Below, piece after piece: positions 50,705-60,399 of a stretch of 64,000 nucleotides of DNA. Both the position numbers and the translations under genes were made by a program. Each line of letters opens with the position of its first letter. Within the stretch, counting starts at the first letter, position 1. This DNA is from an uncultured delta proteobacterium (GTDB lineage: Bacteria > Desulfobacterota > Binatia > UBA9968): the NCBI GenBank assembly GCA_963737905.1, contig CAVTUQ010000039.1, positions 32,001-96,000 on the forward strand, read 5' to 3'. The notes under the pieces are model-generated. The model had not been told where the DNA came from, made no database searches, and saw only the letters and a program-made list of their open reading frames with translations.

Positions 50705-52633
50705 TTATAGTTCATCATTGCCACCGACACCTTTCGCGAGACTTTCCAAAGTTTGCCATCGTGAGTAGCATGCCTCGAGTTCGTCTTTTACCGCTTCCAG
50801 GCGTTCCATGGCCGCGGTGATCTTGTCGCCCGGCTGGCGATAAAAATCTCCATCGCCCATGAGCCTGTGTAACTCCGACTGTTCCGCTTCCAAGGCTTCG
50901 ATTTTTGCCGGCAGTCCTTCCAGCTCCCGCTGTTCTTTGTATGAAGGTCGACGATTCCTATTGTTCCTTTTCTCCGCTACGGCGCCGGCAATGGCCCGCG
51001 GCACGCTGGCATGTTTTGGCATTTCTTTCAGGGGCGCAGCCGGTCGCTGTCGCTTCCAATCCTCGTATCCACCGGCATATTCTCCCACCTTACCTTTTTC
51101 CTCAAAAACCAAGGTGCTGGTCACAACGTTATCGAGAAAGGTCCGGTCATGGCTCACCAGCAGCAGCGTCCCTTGGTAATCTGCCAGCAGCTCTTCTAAC
51201 AGTTCGAGTGTTTCTACATCCAGATCGTTGGTCGGCTCGTCCAGCACCAGCATGTTCGCCGATTGCGTAAAAATCTTTGCTAGCAACAAGCGATTACGCT
51301 CGCCGCCGGACAACGCCTGCACCGGCGAGTCGATGCGCTGGGGCGGAAAGAGAAAGTCTTTCAGGTAGCCTATAACATGGCGGGACCGCCCCTGCACGGT
51401 GACATAGTCGGAGCCATCGGTCATGTTCTCGCGTACCGTCTTCTCGGGATTTAATTCGCGACGGTGCTGGTCGAAGTAGGCCAGCTTCAGGCGGGTTCCC
51501 ATGGCGATCTCCCCGCTGGTGGGTGCTATTTCGCCCACGATCAGCTTGAGGAGTGTGCTTTTGCCGCAACCGTTGGGGCCGATAATCCCTATCCGATCGC
51601 CGCGCAGGACCGTCGTCGATAGGTCGTGAATAATAACACGATCGCCATAAAGGAACCTGACTCGGCGCAAGTCGGCCACCAATTTACCGGATATTGCACC
51701 GGCGTCAAGGCCGAAGCGGACTGTGCCCTGAAATTCAAGGCGCTGGCTCCGCTCCCGGCGCATGGCCTGAAGGACTCTTACTCGCCCTTCGTTGCGTGTG
51801 CGCCGCGCCTTGATGCCCTGGCGAATCCACGCTTCTTCTTCCGCTAGCTTCCGATCGAAGTTAGCCGCCGCTCGGGCCTCGATCTCCAGCAGTTCCTCTT
51901 TTTTACTCAAGTAAGCCTCATAGTCTCCGGGAAAAGAATTTAACTTTCCTCGATCCAGTTCAACGATACGGGTGGCCAAATGTTTCAGCAGCATGCGATC
52001 GTGGGTGATAAAGATCAACGCACCGTGGTAATCGAGTAAAAAATCTTCCAGCCACGTAATCGCAGTGATGTCGAGATGGTTGGTCGGCTCGTCCAACAGC
52101 AACAGATCGGGTTCGCTTACCAATGCCCGCGCCAGCATGGCCTGTCTTCGAATTCCGCCGGAACAGCTGGCAAGACGCTGGTCCGCAGGCAACCTCAACC
52201 GGGTCAAGACCATCTCCACCTTCTGCCCGATGTTCCAGCCACCCAAAGCATCGATGCGCGCTTGCAACAGCGCCAGCCGCTGTAGTGACGTTCCCTCCCC
52301 CGCGCCGCCCACCTCGTCGGTCAACTGGTGATACTCCGTCAGCAACACGCCCAGTTCGCCCAGTCCTGCGGCCACCACTTCATAAATCGTCTCTTCCGTA
52401 TCCGGCGGCACCTCTTGCTCGAGATGCGCCACGCGCAGCGTATCCTCTCGCCAGATATCGCCTTCGTCCGGTGACGCCATCCCGGTAATCACCCGCAACA
52501 ATGTCGTCTTGCCGGCGCCGTTGCGACCGAGGAGACACACCCGCTCGCCCCGCTCGACTTGAAAATCAACATGGGCAAGCAACGGCAAATGGCCATAGGC
52601 CAGAGATATGTTATCGAGACGAAGGAGAGGCAT
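50705..52633 (-). CDS. uup: ABC-F family ATPase Uup
   Basis: Two ABC cassettes (GRNGAGKT, GPNGCGKS, LDEPTN twice), WIRQGIKARRTRNEGR linker, C-terminal coiled coil. Confidence 0.93.
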   Translation of the reverse strand: MPLLRLDNISLAYGHLPLLAHVDFQVERGERVCLLGRNGAGKTTLLRVITGMASPDEGDIWREDTLRVAHLEQEVPPDTEETIYEVVAAGLGELGVLLTEYHQLTDEVGGAGEGTSLQRLALLQARIDALGGWNIGQKVEMVLTRLRLPADQRLASCSGGIRRQAMLARALVSEPDLLLLDEPTNHLDITAITWLEDFLLDYHGALIFITHDRMLLKHLATRIVELDRGKLNSFPGDYEAYLSKKEELLEIEARAAANFDRKLAEEEAWIRQGIKARRTRNEGRVRVLQAMRRERSQRLEFQGTVRFGLDAGAISGKLVADLRRVRFLYGDRVIIHDLSTTVLRGDRIGIIGPNGCGKSTLLKLIVGEIAPTSGEIAMGTRLKLAYFDQHRRELNPEKTVRENMTDGSDYVTVQGRSRHVIGYLKDFLFPPQRIDSPVQALSGGERNRLLLAKIFTQSANMLVLDEPTNDLDVETLELLEELLADYQGTLLLVSHDRTFLDNVVTSTLVFEEKGKVGEYAGGYEDWKRQRPAAPLKEMPKHASVPRAIAGAVAEKRNNRNRRPSYKEQRELEGLPAKIEALEAEQSELHRLMGDGDFYRQPGDKITAAMERLEAVKDELEACYSRWQTLESLAKGVGGNDEL

Positions 52634-52750
52634 GAATAACTATGTACCGCAGGGATCGAGAATCGAGTGCCCTTTCCGGTTTCGAGTTTCAGGTTGAACC
52701 GAGAACCCAGGTGGGCTTATGAAACCTACTAACGCGTGACTCGACGGCCG

Positions 52751-55159
52751 TTAGGGTACCGAACCCGCTGCAAGCGTCTCGCTGGAAGGAAAGTCTCCGG
52801 AAGATTCCGACTCCAAGGCCAGCGCCAGTGCCTCGTCGACCGTTTTTAAGAACTCGAAACGAATACCCTCGCGTGCCGCGGTCGGAATCTCCTCCATGTC
52901 CCGTCGATTCAATTCCGGGAGCAAGACACAAGAAATTCCGGCTGTCTTGGCTGCCAGCACTTTTTCCTTAATTCCTCCTACCGGCAACACCAACCCCCGA
53001 AGACTGATTTCGCCCGTCATCGCGACATCCTTGCTGATTCGTCGGCCGGTGAGAAGTGAGACGATAGCAACAAAAAGGGTGACTCCCGCGCTGGGCCCGT
53101 CTTTAGGTATGGCGCCTGCGGGGATATGGATGTGCAAATCGTTCTTCCGGAAGATTTCAGGGTTGATGCCGAGCGTTTCGGCGCGTGATTTGACAAGACT
53201 CCACGCGGCTTGCGCGCTTTCTTTCATGACATCGCCGAGCTGACCCGTCAATTGCAACCTGCCGTCCCCGGGCATTTTAGTCGCTTCCACAAACAAGATG
53301 TCCCCACCAAAAGGGGTCCATGCCAGGCCCGTGGCTACGCCGGGTAGACTGGTGCGTAGCGCGATCTCATTGAAGAACTTTTGCGGCCCGAGATATTCCC
53401 GGATCGATTCCTTATCGATTGTCGTCTTTTCCTTGAGCCCCTCCGCCACCCTGGTCGCGACGCCCCGACAGACAGTTCCTAGCTCCCGCTCAAGTTGACG
53501 AACCCCGGCTTCACGCGTGTAGGATCGAATGATTTCGCGAATCGCATCGTCAGTAAAAGCGATGACATCGGTAGCCAGCCCATTTTCGGCAATCTGTCGA
53601 GGAATCAGATAATTTTTGGCGATCGCCAGTTTTTCCACCTCGATATAACCAGCCAATGGCAAGATTTCCATCCGATCGCGGAGAGGGGCCGGAATCGTAT
53701 CGAGCACATTCGCCGTCGCGATAAACAAGACTTGGCTCAAATCAAAAGGCACGGCAAGATAATGGTCTTGAAAAGTCGCGTTTTGCGAAGGGTCCAGGAC
53801 CTCCAGCAGCGCCGCCGATGGATCGCCGTGGAAACTGGCGCTGAGCTTATCGATTTCATCCAACATAAAGACGGGATTCTTGGTGCCCGCTTTCCGAATT
53901 CCTTGAATAATATTTCCGGGAAGGGCACCGACATAAGTGCGCCTGTGCCCCCGGATCTCTGCTTCGTCGTGGACACCGCCAAGACTCTGGCGCACGAATT
54001 TCCGGTTCATAGCCCGAGCGATGCTTTGCCCGAGGGACGTCTTGCCCACTCCGGGAGGACCGACAAAACACAAGATTGGGCTCTTCCCATGGGGCACGAG
54101 TTTACGAACTGCCAGAAATTCAACGATTCGCTTTTTTACTTTTTCCAAATCGTAATGATCCGCATCGAGAATTTCACGCGCTTTCGGAAGATCAATTTGT
54201 TCCTCGCTGGAAAGGCTCCAGGGAAGCTCCACCATCCAATCGAGATAAGTCCGTAGAGCTGAATATTCTGCGGCAATTTCGGGAATCCGCTCGAACCGAG
54301 TGAGCTCCCTGAGTACTTCCTTTTCCACCTCGGGCGGCATTTTTGCATCGTAGATTTTCTTACGCAGATCCTCGACTTCCTGGCTCTGGCCGTCTTCTTC
54401 GCCCAGCTCCTTTTGTATGGCCTTTAGCTGCTCGCGAAGGAAATACTGGCGTTGTGTCCGGTCCATCGATTCTTTAGTTTGCTCACCAATCTTTTTGCTC
54501 AGTTCCAGCAGCTCGATCTGATGCGCGAGCTTTTGTGAAACTTTTTCCGCGCGGGCGGCGGGGTCCAGAATCTCTAGAAGCTCCTGCTTCTCGGGAAGCG
54601 AGAAGTCCAATGTCGACGCGATCATGTCAATCAGCGACAAAGGATTTTCGATCCTTTCGATGGTGGTTTTTATTTCGTTCATCGGCTCAGGCAATAAGCT
54701 TAAAGCCTTCACGGCTTCCTGGCGCAGGTGCAAAATTCTCGCTTCGAATTGCTTCGATTGAGGTATCTTTTCTTCAATCAACGTCACGCGAGCTATAAAA
54801 AACGGATCCGTCTCGAGAAATTCGGCGATTTCAAAACGTTGGCGGCCCTGAATGATAATCTGGCGCTGGCCGTCAGGCAGACCGAACATGCGCAGTACAT
54901 CGGCGGAGGTGCCCACTCGAAACAGATCTTTCGAATGGGGTGCCTCTATCGCGGGATCTCGCTGGGCAATGAACCCCACAGAGAATTGTTGGCGGACCGC
55001 TTCCTCTATCGCTCGGACGCTAGCGGGGCGTCCAACCACCAGGGGCATAACCGTGGCGGGAAAGAGCACCGTGTTGCGCAGCGGCAGAATGACCAAGGCC
55101 CCGGCAGGAATAGTAAGGCGAGGTTTTGACTTAGGGGCTTCCTTCTCTTCTGCAGTCAT
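52751..55159 (-). CDS. lon: ATP-dependent Lon protease
   Basis: LON N-domain, GPPGVGKTS, RGHRRTYVGA, PKDGPSAG (catalytic Ser), GGIKEK (catalytic Lys). Confidence 0.97.
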   Translation of the reverse strand: MTAEEKEAPKSKPRLTIPAGALVILPLRNTVLFPATVMPLVVGRPASVRAIEEAVRQQFSVGFIAQRDPAIEAPHSKDLFRVGTSADVLRMFGLPDGQRQIIIQGRQRFEIAEFLETDPFFIARVTLIEEKIPQSKQFEARILHLRQEAVKALSLLPEPMNEIKTTIERIENPLSLIDMIASTLDFSLPEKQELLEILDPAARAEKVSQKLAHQIELLELSKKIGEQTKESMDRTQRQYFLREQLKAIQKELGEEDGQSQEVEDLRKKIYDAKMPPEVEKEVLRELTRFERIPEIAAEYSALRTYLDWMVELPWSLSSEEQIDLPKAREILDADHYDLEKVKKRIVEFLAVRKLVPHGKSPILCFVGPPGVGKTSLGQSIARAMNRKFVRQSLGGVHDEAEIRGHRRTYVGALPGNIIQGIRKAGTKNPVFMLDEIDKLSASFHGDPSAALLEVLDPSQNATFQDHYLAVPFDLSQVLFIATANVLDTIPAPLRDRMEILPLAGYIEVEKLAIAKNYLIPRQIAENGLATDVIAFTDDAIREIIRSYTREAGVRQLERELGTVCRGVATRVAEGLKEKTTIDKESIREYLGPQKFFNEIALRTSLPGVATGLAWTPFGGDILFVEATKMPGDGRLQLTGQLGDVMKESAQAAWSLVKSRAETLGINPEIFRKNDLHIHIPAGAIPKDGPSAGVTLFVAIVSLLTGRRISKDVAMTGEISLRGLVLPVGGIKEKVLAAKTAGISCVLLPELNRRDMEEIPTAAREGIRFEFLKTVDEALALALESESSGDFPSSETLAAGSVP

Positions 55160-55596
55160 GAAAGTTTCCTCAACTCGATGATGAGCAGTCCGTCCTGAAG
55201 CGAAACTTCTCCGAGCGCTAAGGAGTGTCTTCCCTCGATCAGAGCCAGGCGCCGTTCGAAACGTCCAAGCGGGATCTCCCAGATCTTTAGTTCCCCGTCA
55301 TTGCAGCATTTCGGCAGGGGCCGTTCGCCGGCGATCACGAGTTCGCGTCCCTCCAACCGCACGTTCATACGATCAGCCGTGACTCCGGGTAGAGCTGAGA
55401 TCACCCACAAGCTTTCATCGGTCTCGACGACGTTTACAGGCGGTTCCCAAGCGGGGCTTCTGCCGTGAGAAGAACGATACTGAACACCCGCAGCAATTTG
55501 CAAAAAATTCCTGTGGATTCGCTCCACTTGTTGAAGCAGGTCATTGGCTCGGTGCCACATCACAATATCCCAATGCCGGGACGCCATATCAATCAA
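55156..55596 (-). CDS. Hsp20/alpha-crystallin small heat-shock protein
   Basis: WEPPVNVVE, LPGV, L.I.GER, G.FERR, DGLL.I.L; overlaps the lon start. Confidence 0.9.
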   Translation of the reverse strand: MIDMASRHWDIVMWHRANDLLQQVERIHRNFLQIAAGVQYRSSHGRSPAWEPPVNVVETDESLWVISALPGVTADRMNVRLEGRELVIAGERPLPKCCNDGELKIWEIPLGRFERRLALIEGRHSLALGEVSLQDGLLIIELRKLS

Positions 55597-55892
55597 CCCT
55601 CAAGTCAAGAATAAAGTAATTCTCTATCAGACACTCATTCAAAAGCCTAGGATTCGAGAGCCGCGTTGTCAAGAAAGTGAACCCAAAGAGTGACAAAAAT
55701 GTCAGCCTGTCAACGCCATGGCAATCCGGGTGACAGCCGCGATTTGTACAATTCCAAATTTTCCCCAAATGACCGTATGGCGTGAGAGCGGGTGTGGGTG
55801 GCTTGATTCTTGCCCTCTAAGTTTAAGGCTTGGGTTGGTGACGCTCAAAAACTGGCCCCAGCCCCACGAAAGAACGAAGCCGACCCAGAAAA

Positions 55893-56129
55893 ATGATTTA
55901 CCTAGCTACTTACCATAAAAAAAGTGAGTTTCGGCCACTCTGCCAGAAGTCTAGAAGGCTGATCTTTATCGAAGCCGAAGCTAGGCTAGCCCTCGATAAG
56001 GTTATAGCACTGGTTAGAAACCTTACAGAAGGCAACTTCGAAGAATCAAGCGTTGAGATCATTGGTCAAAAGGCCTGGGACGCCGCAAAGATAAAGCATC
56101 CGCGAATCAAATTCTACAAACTGGATTGA
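55893..56129 (+). CDS. Hypothetical protein (78 aa)
   Basis: Stand-alone ORF with protein-like composition; no motif recognised. Confidence 0.45.
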   Translation: MIYLATYHKKSEFRPLCQKSRRLIFIEAEARLALDKVIALVRNLTEGNFEESSVEIIGQKAWDAAKIKHPRIKFYKLD

Positions 56130-56544
56130 AAAAGAGCAGGAGTGACGAATGTCCTTGGAGGAGAGCCCTGCATCGAAAAAAAATCTTGACAGCGACTTAT
56201 AAACGACCGATAATTTGTGTCCATAACTCTCCCATCGGTGACACGACAGCGAGCCTACAGGAAACTCCTACCCGTTAGGAAAGGCGAGTTAGCTCTCAAT
56301 TGTTTGCAGGTGTCAATAAAACGTCACCGAATGTCAAGAAAAAAATCATTCAAAAGCTCATTTGTTCCTTTCAGGAACCTATGGATCTAAGTTGAGTCAA
56401 CGCTTCGTTGGATCGACGTATTTGGCTTATGAACGATTGCGCACCGCCCATCCAAACACAAACATTCGAGCAGATTTTGGATCTATAGCCTTTTGAATTG
56501 CGCCCCTCACAGCGGGCGACACGGGAGGATAATCAAGAAGGTCT

Positions 56545-56934
56545 ATGAATGCCATGATTGTGGAAAACATAATAAGCTGGTTTCTGTTCGCTCTGGCCTC
56601 TACGTGCACCTTATCATTTGCATCTACCGTTTATGATAACTTTCTCAGCTGGAAACGACGGGAGCGCGACAGAAAGGCAACAACGAGGATTGTCTCTCTT
56701 GCAGATTCAAAGCCGAGCCCGCTCCTGATGGAACATTCGTTGCCCCGTGGCTATGATAGTCCCGAACTCTTCCGCGAGGATCTATGGATTCGAAGGATAG
56801 AGCATAGCCGTCGGGAACATGCCGCGATGGCGGCGTCACTCCCACAAGTGAAAGCGGGTCTCGGAGCTTCTGAAGACTATTCCAGGCGACTCTGTGAGAT
56901 GCTGGCTCACCACGCAAGGACCCGGCCCCGATAA
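56545..56934 (+). CDS. Hypothetical protein with N-terminal TM helix
   Basis: Hydrophobic N-terminus followed by basic residues; no motif recognised. Confidence 0.5.
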   Translation: MNAMIVENIISWFLFALASTCTLSFASTVYDNFLSWKRRERDRKATTRIVSLADSKPSPLLMEHSLPRGYDSPELFREDLWIRRIEHSRREHAAMAASLPQVKAGLGASEDYSRRLCEMLAHHARTRPR

Positions 56935-57267
56935 TCGTTTGGTTGTTATTCGTAAGTGATTATTCTTTGCGGGTGACCCCACCCGTGACCTCCACACTCC
57001 GCCTTCATTTTAGCTAGCAAAGCACCGTCAGCGCGTTCTTTTTTCCTGACGTCATTCATGTTTCCCGGGTAATGAGAAGCTAAGCCCTCGGGCGATTATC
57101 CTCGCACACCAATTCCCATTGCAGCAAACTCTCGGATATGAAAATCTCAGGAAGCTTAAGATCGAGCCTAGTTTTTGATGCCCTTTCTGCTTCCGGATTA
57201 TGCCTTTCATTTCGACTCTTCGATAATATTGGGTGTGTTCTAAAGCCGACATTGTAAGGAGGCCAAC

Positions 57268-58341
57268 ATGTCTGTCGATTTTGTCACCAACCAGGAGATC
57301 ATCCTCGCAGCGCGCCGAAATCTCACGCAAAACGTGTGGAACTACCTTTGTGGTGGGGCCGAGTCTGAAACAACGATGCGTCGGAACCGCTTTGGGCTAG
57401 ATAGCTTGGCCTTTCGGCCACGGGTCCTTGTCGACGTTTCCAAGATCGATACCTCGACGACCTTCCTTGGACACAGACTGAGAGTTCCGGTTATGTTGGC
57501 GCCGATCGGATCACTGCAAGTGATTACGCCGGAGGGTGGAGTGGCCGTCGCCAGGGCGGCTGAAGAGTTTGGGACAATCAACTTCGTCAGTTCCGTGACT
57601 CAACCGAGCCTAGAGGAAATCGCGGCTGCCGGCCGCAGTCCCAAGGTCTTTCAGCTCTACGTGCAGGGTGACTTGAAGTGGATCGAGAACCTCCTCCTTC
57701 GCGTTAGCAAGGCTGGTTATGCAGCGCTCTGCCTAACCGTGGATACCGCACACTATGGTCACCGCGAGCGTCAAATGATGGATCGTTGGTTGCCGCCGAG
57801 TCGGCGCGGCTCAGGTTATGAGTATCGCGCCGCCCTCACGTGGGAGACCCTGGATGCGATTAAAGAAATGGCAAATCTGCCGTTCATTTTGAAGGGTATA
57901 GCAACAGCCGAAGACGCAGCCATCGCAGTCCAACACGGCGTCAACACAATCTATGTCTCCAATCATGGGGGACGCCAACTGGACCACGGGAAAGCGACAA
58001 TCGAGATGCTGCCAGAGATTGTGCAGGCGGTTGACGGTAAAGCGCAGATCGTGCTGGACGGCGGCATCATGCGCGGCAGCGATGTTCTAAAGGCCATTGC
58101 TTTGGGTGCAACGGCTGTGAGCATCGGCAAGCTCCAGGGCTGGGGATTAGCGGCGGCCGGTCAAGCGGGTCTGGTCCGTGTTCTTGAATTACTAGAGAGC
58201 GAGATTACCACGACCATGGGACTCCTCGGCGTCACCCGTCTCAATCAACTTACTTCCATTCATTTGTGTAAGGTGCAACCCTTGGGGCCAACTCATGAAA
58301 TGAGTGCGTTTATCCATATGCCGGGTGGGCAACTCCTATAA
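57268..58341 (+). CDS. FMN-dependent alpha-hydroxy acid oxidase/dehydrogenase
   Basis: Y..GGA..E.T..RN, FQLY, LTVD, LKGI, VSNHGGRQLD, DGGI.RGSDV.KA.ALGA. Confidence 0.95.
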   Translation: MSVDFVTNQEIILAARRNLTQNVWNYLCGGAESETTMRRNRFGLDSLAFRPRVLVDVSKIDTSTTFLGHRLRVPVMLAPIGSLQVITPEGGVAVARAAEEFGTINFVSSVTQPSLEEIAAAGRSPKVFQLYVQGDLKWIENLLLRVSKAGYAALCLTVDTAHYGHRERQMMDRWLPPSRRGSGYEYRAALTWETLDAIKEMANLPFILKGIATAEDAAIAVQHGVNTIYVSNHGGRQLDHGKATIEMLPEIVQAVDGKAQIVLDGGIMRGSDVLKAIALGATAVSIGKLQGWGLAAAGQAGLVRVLELLESEITTTMGLLGVTRLNQLTSIHLCKVQPLGPTHEMSAFIHMPGGQLL

Positions 58342-58509
58342 TGCTCGGAGCCTATTCCATCGAACCTTTTACGGAATAAAATCTCTTGACACATGTCCCA
58401 CCCGTTTACTATATGCGATTACATCAGCAGCAAAGTAAGTCTTTCCGAGAACGAAACTTGCTGCGAGTTGAGGGAAGACATCCGAGCAGGCCGTTCACTG
58501 CAGGGGATT

Positions 58510-58743
58510 ATGATGGGGTTTCGAATTCTTTTTGATGAAGACAAGCTGAAACAGGGAATCTACCAACAAGAAGACGACCTTCTCTCACAAAGCAACGGCG
58601 TGGGGTGGCCGAAGGGCACCTGGTTTCAGAAACGTCTCCGCCAAGTCAGACAACAGCAACGAAGAAAACTCGCGGAAACCGACTTCGTATACGAATGCGC
58701 CTTGGGTACGATTATCGTTCGACAATCGAACGGCAGGGACTAG
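58510..58743 (+). CDS. Hypothetical protein with WPKGTWFQKRL motif
   Basis: AGGGGA RBS; motif shared with 62727-62918. Confidence 0.5.
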   Translation: MMGFRILFDEDKLKQGIYQQEDDLLSQSNGVGWPKGTWFQKRLRQVRQQQRRKLAETDFVYECALGTIIVRQSNGRD

Positions 58744-59151
58744 ACTAACCCGAATTTCCAGCTCTCAAGCCACAACGATTTCAATGTAACGATGAAGGTC
58801 ATCGGCGGATAGACCCGTGAGCCGAGCCTAGATCCTGGAAAAATTTTTCGCAGACCCGGTTCCCGACCTGCAGCGCGTTTCCGACGTCCAGGAAGCCTCG
58901 GCGCGCGCCGTGGAGGGCGATGCAAGCTCTGGGTCCGTCGCTTCCGAAAGTCGATCCAAAAACTCTTTTACGAAGGCTCAGAGTCTGAAGGTTTCTTGGA
59001 CAAAACTAAGCTCCGCTAACCTTTGCGTGCCACGCAATGGCCCGTAATTGCGAGTTGCCGGGTTGAACAACTATGTCCAACGTGGGCCTAACTACGGTTG
59101 ACAGACCACTGAAAACTGCCTTTTTTGTAGCTAATTTGCATCGGTCCTAAT

Positions 59152-59166
59152 CGGCATGTCCCTTGC
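59152..59166 (+). promoter_or_regulatory. sigma54 promoter candidate
   Basis: CGGCATGTCCCTTGC, about 37 nt before ATG 59204. Confidence 0.55.
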
Positions 59167-59203
59167 GTCCCCGGAAGTTTTACGCCAATCAAGGAGGATT
59201 GCC

Positions 59204-60001
59204 ATGACGAGAATGGTATCTAGGTGCTTGTTACTCTTCTTCTTGGTTTTGGGATGCACGTTGAAAAAAGAAGAGGCTCAGGCGCCAAAGGTTCCGGAGC
59301 CGACGCCCGCTCCGATCTCATCGACTCCTGTGGAGCCCCAAGCAAGCCCAGTAGCAACGCCCGCAAACCCAACGTTCACCAAAGAGGACATCCGGATGTT
59401 GCAAGCGCGACTGAAAGCGGCCGGCTTTTACGTGGGACCCATCGATGGGATACCCGGGCCGAAGACCAGATCCGGGATCCTTCGGCTGCAAGCAGCATGC
59501 GGGAGCCTCAAGGACCTGTTAGAAAATTCTGCGGCGGGAAATCAAACAGGGAAACTGGATAGTACGGGCAATAGTCGAAAGAGCGAAGACATCCGTCTGA
59601 TCCAAGTACGACTGAAGGATGCCGGTTTCGACCCGGGTCCGATCGATGGGGTTTCGGGATCTAAAACGACAGCGGCGATTCTACGCTTTGAAGCGGGCTG
59701 CACGATGCTTAAAAATTTGCCGCCGCATTTGGATGAGGCACCTCAAACCGCCGACAAAGCAATATCTCTCACTCGGGCGGAGATGCGCTATCCGACCGCA
59801 GCAAAATCGATCGGATTTGGCTCCGATACGGTGAGTGCGAGTGGAAATCAAACTCTCAGCAGCGAAAAGATTCGGCAAGAACAATTGCGCTTGAGGGACG
59901 CGGGCTTTGACCCGGGTCCGATCGACGGGATTCTAGGACCTAAAACCAAAGCAGCCATGCAGCGATATCAAAAGTCGCTCGCACTGAAAAATCCACGCTA
60001 A
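59204..60001 (+). CDS. Lipoprotein with three peptidoglycan-binding (PG_binding_1) repeats
   Basis: LVLGC lipobox, Pro-rich linker, three copies of Q.RL..AGF..GPIDG..G.KT; AAGGAGG RBS. Confidence 0.88.
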   Translation: MTRMVSRCLLLFFLVLGCTLKKEEAQAPKVPEPTPAPISSTPVEPQASPVATPANPTFTKEDIRMLQARLKAAGFYVGPIDGIPGPKTRSGILRLQAACGSLKDLLENSAAGNQTGKLDSTGNSRKSEDIRLIQVRLKDAGFDPGPIDGVSGSKTTAAILRFEAGCTMLKNLPPHLDEAPQTADKAISLTRAEMRYPTAAKSIGFGSDTVSASGNQTLSSEKIRQEQLRLRDAGFDPGPIDGILGPKTKAAMQRYQKSLALKNPR

Positions 60002-60027
60002 CTATCGACACACCGGCTCCCGAGCCT

Positions 60028-60153
60028 CTACATGGCCAGGCTTAGGAAGTAGGAACGATCGATGAAAACTACGATGCGCATGAGCGCGTAAAGCATCGCC
60101 ATGTATCCACAAAGAAGCCCGGCGATCGTCATCGAGACAAACAGCCTATACAT
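60028..60153 (-). CDS. Small single-TM protein (41 aa)
   Basis: Manual translation: MYRLFVSMTIAGLLCGYMAMLYALMRIVVFIDRSYFLSLAM; CGGAGGA RBS; sigma54 box upstream. Confidence 0.6.
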   Translation of the reverse strand: MYRLFVSMTIAGLLCGYMAMLYALMRIVVFIDRSYFLSLAM

Positions 60154-60199
60154 ATGAAGTTCCTCCGTTTGGTTGCTCAGGTATCGCTAAACTACAAGC

Positions 60200-60214
60200 G
60201 CAAGCTTGATGCCA
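60200..60214 (-). promoter_or_regulatory. sigma54 promoter
   Basis: Minus strand TGGCATCAAGCTTGC. Confidence 0.65.
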
Positions 60215-60399
60215 AGTGACTTTGCTACCTGGGACCTATAACAACCCTGCGGAATAGAAATGGAATTTTAGGAACGCCAGCTTGGCACAAGCTCAGAGGC
60301 AGAAGCGGAAGTCAACTTTATGATACAGGGGAGTATCCGAAATGACTCAGTCACAGTGGAGACAGTCTGGGACGGCCTGTCACACCTTACCCCAACTAA

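Noticed and set aside
52751-55596. hsp20-lon pair as a defence or novel system
   Set aside because: A common protein quality-control arrangement; this Lon is a canonical LonA type, not BrxL-like.
59380-59970. Repeated GGxCCxATCGAxGG DNA segments as a possible CRISPR or mobile repeat
   Set aside because: They are the coding repeats of the three peptidoglycan-binding domains; spacing is about 210-280 nt and there are no cas genes.
60281-60297. TTGGCAC on the plus strand as another sigma54 promoter
   Set aside because: No TTGC at the -12 position.
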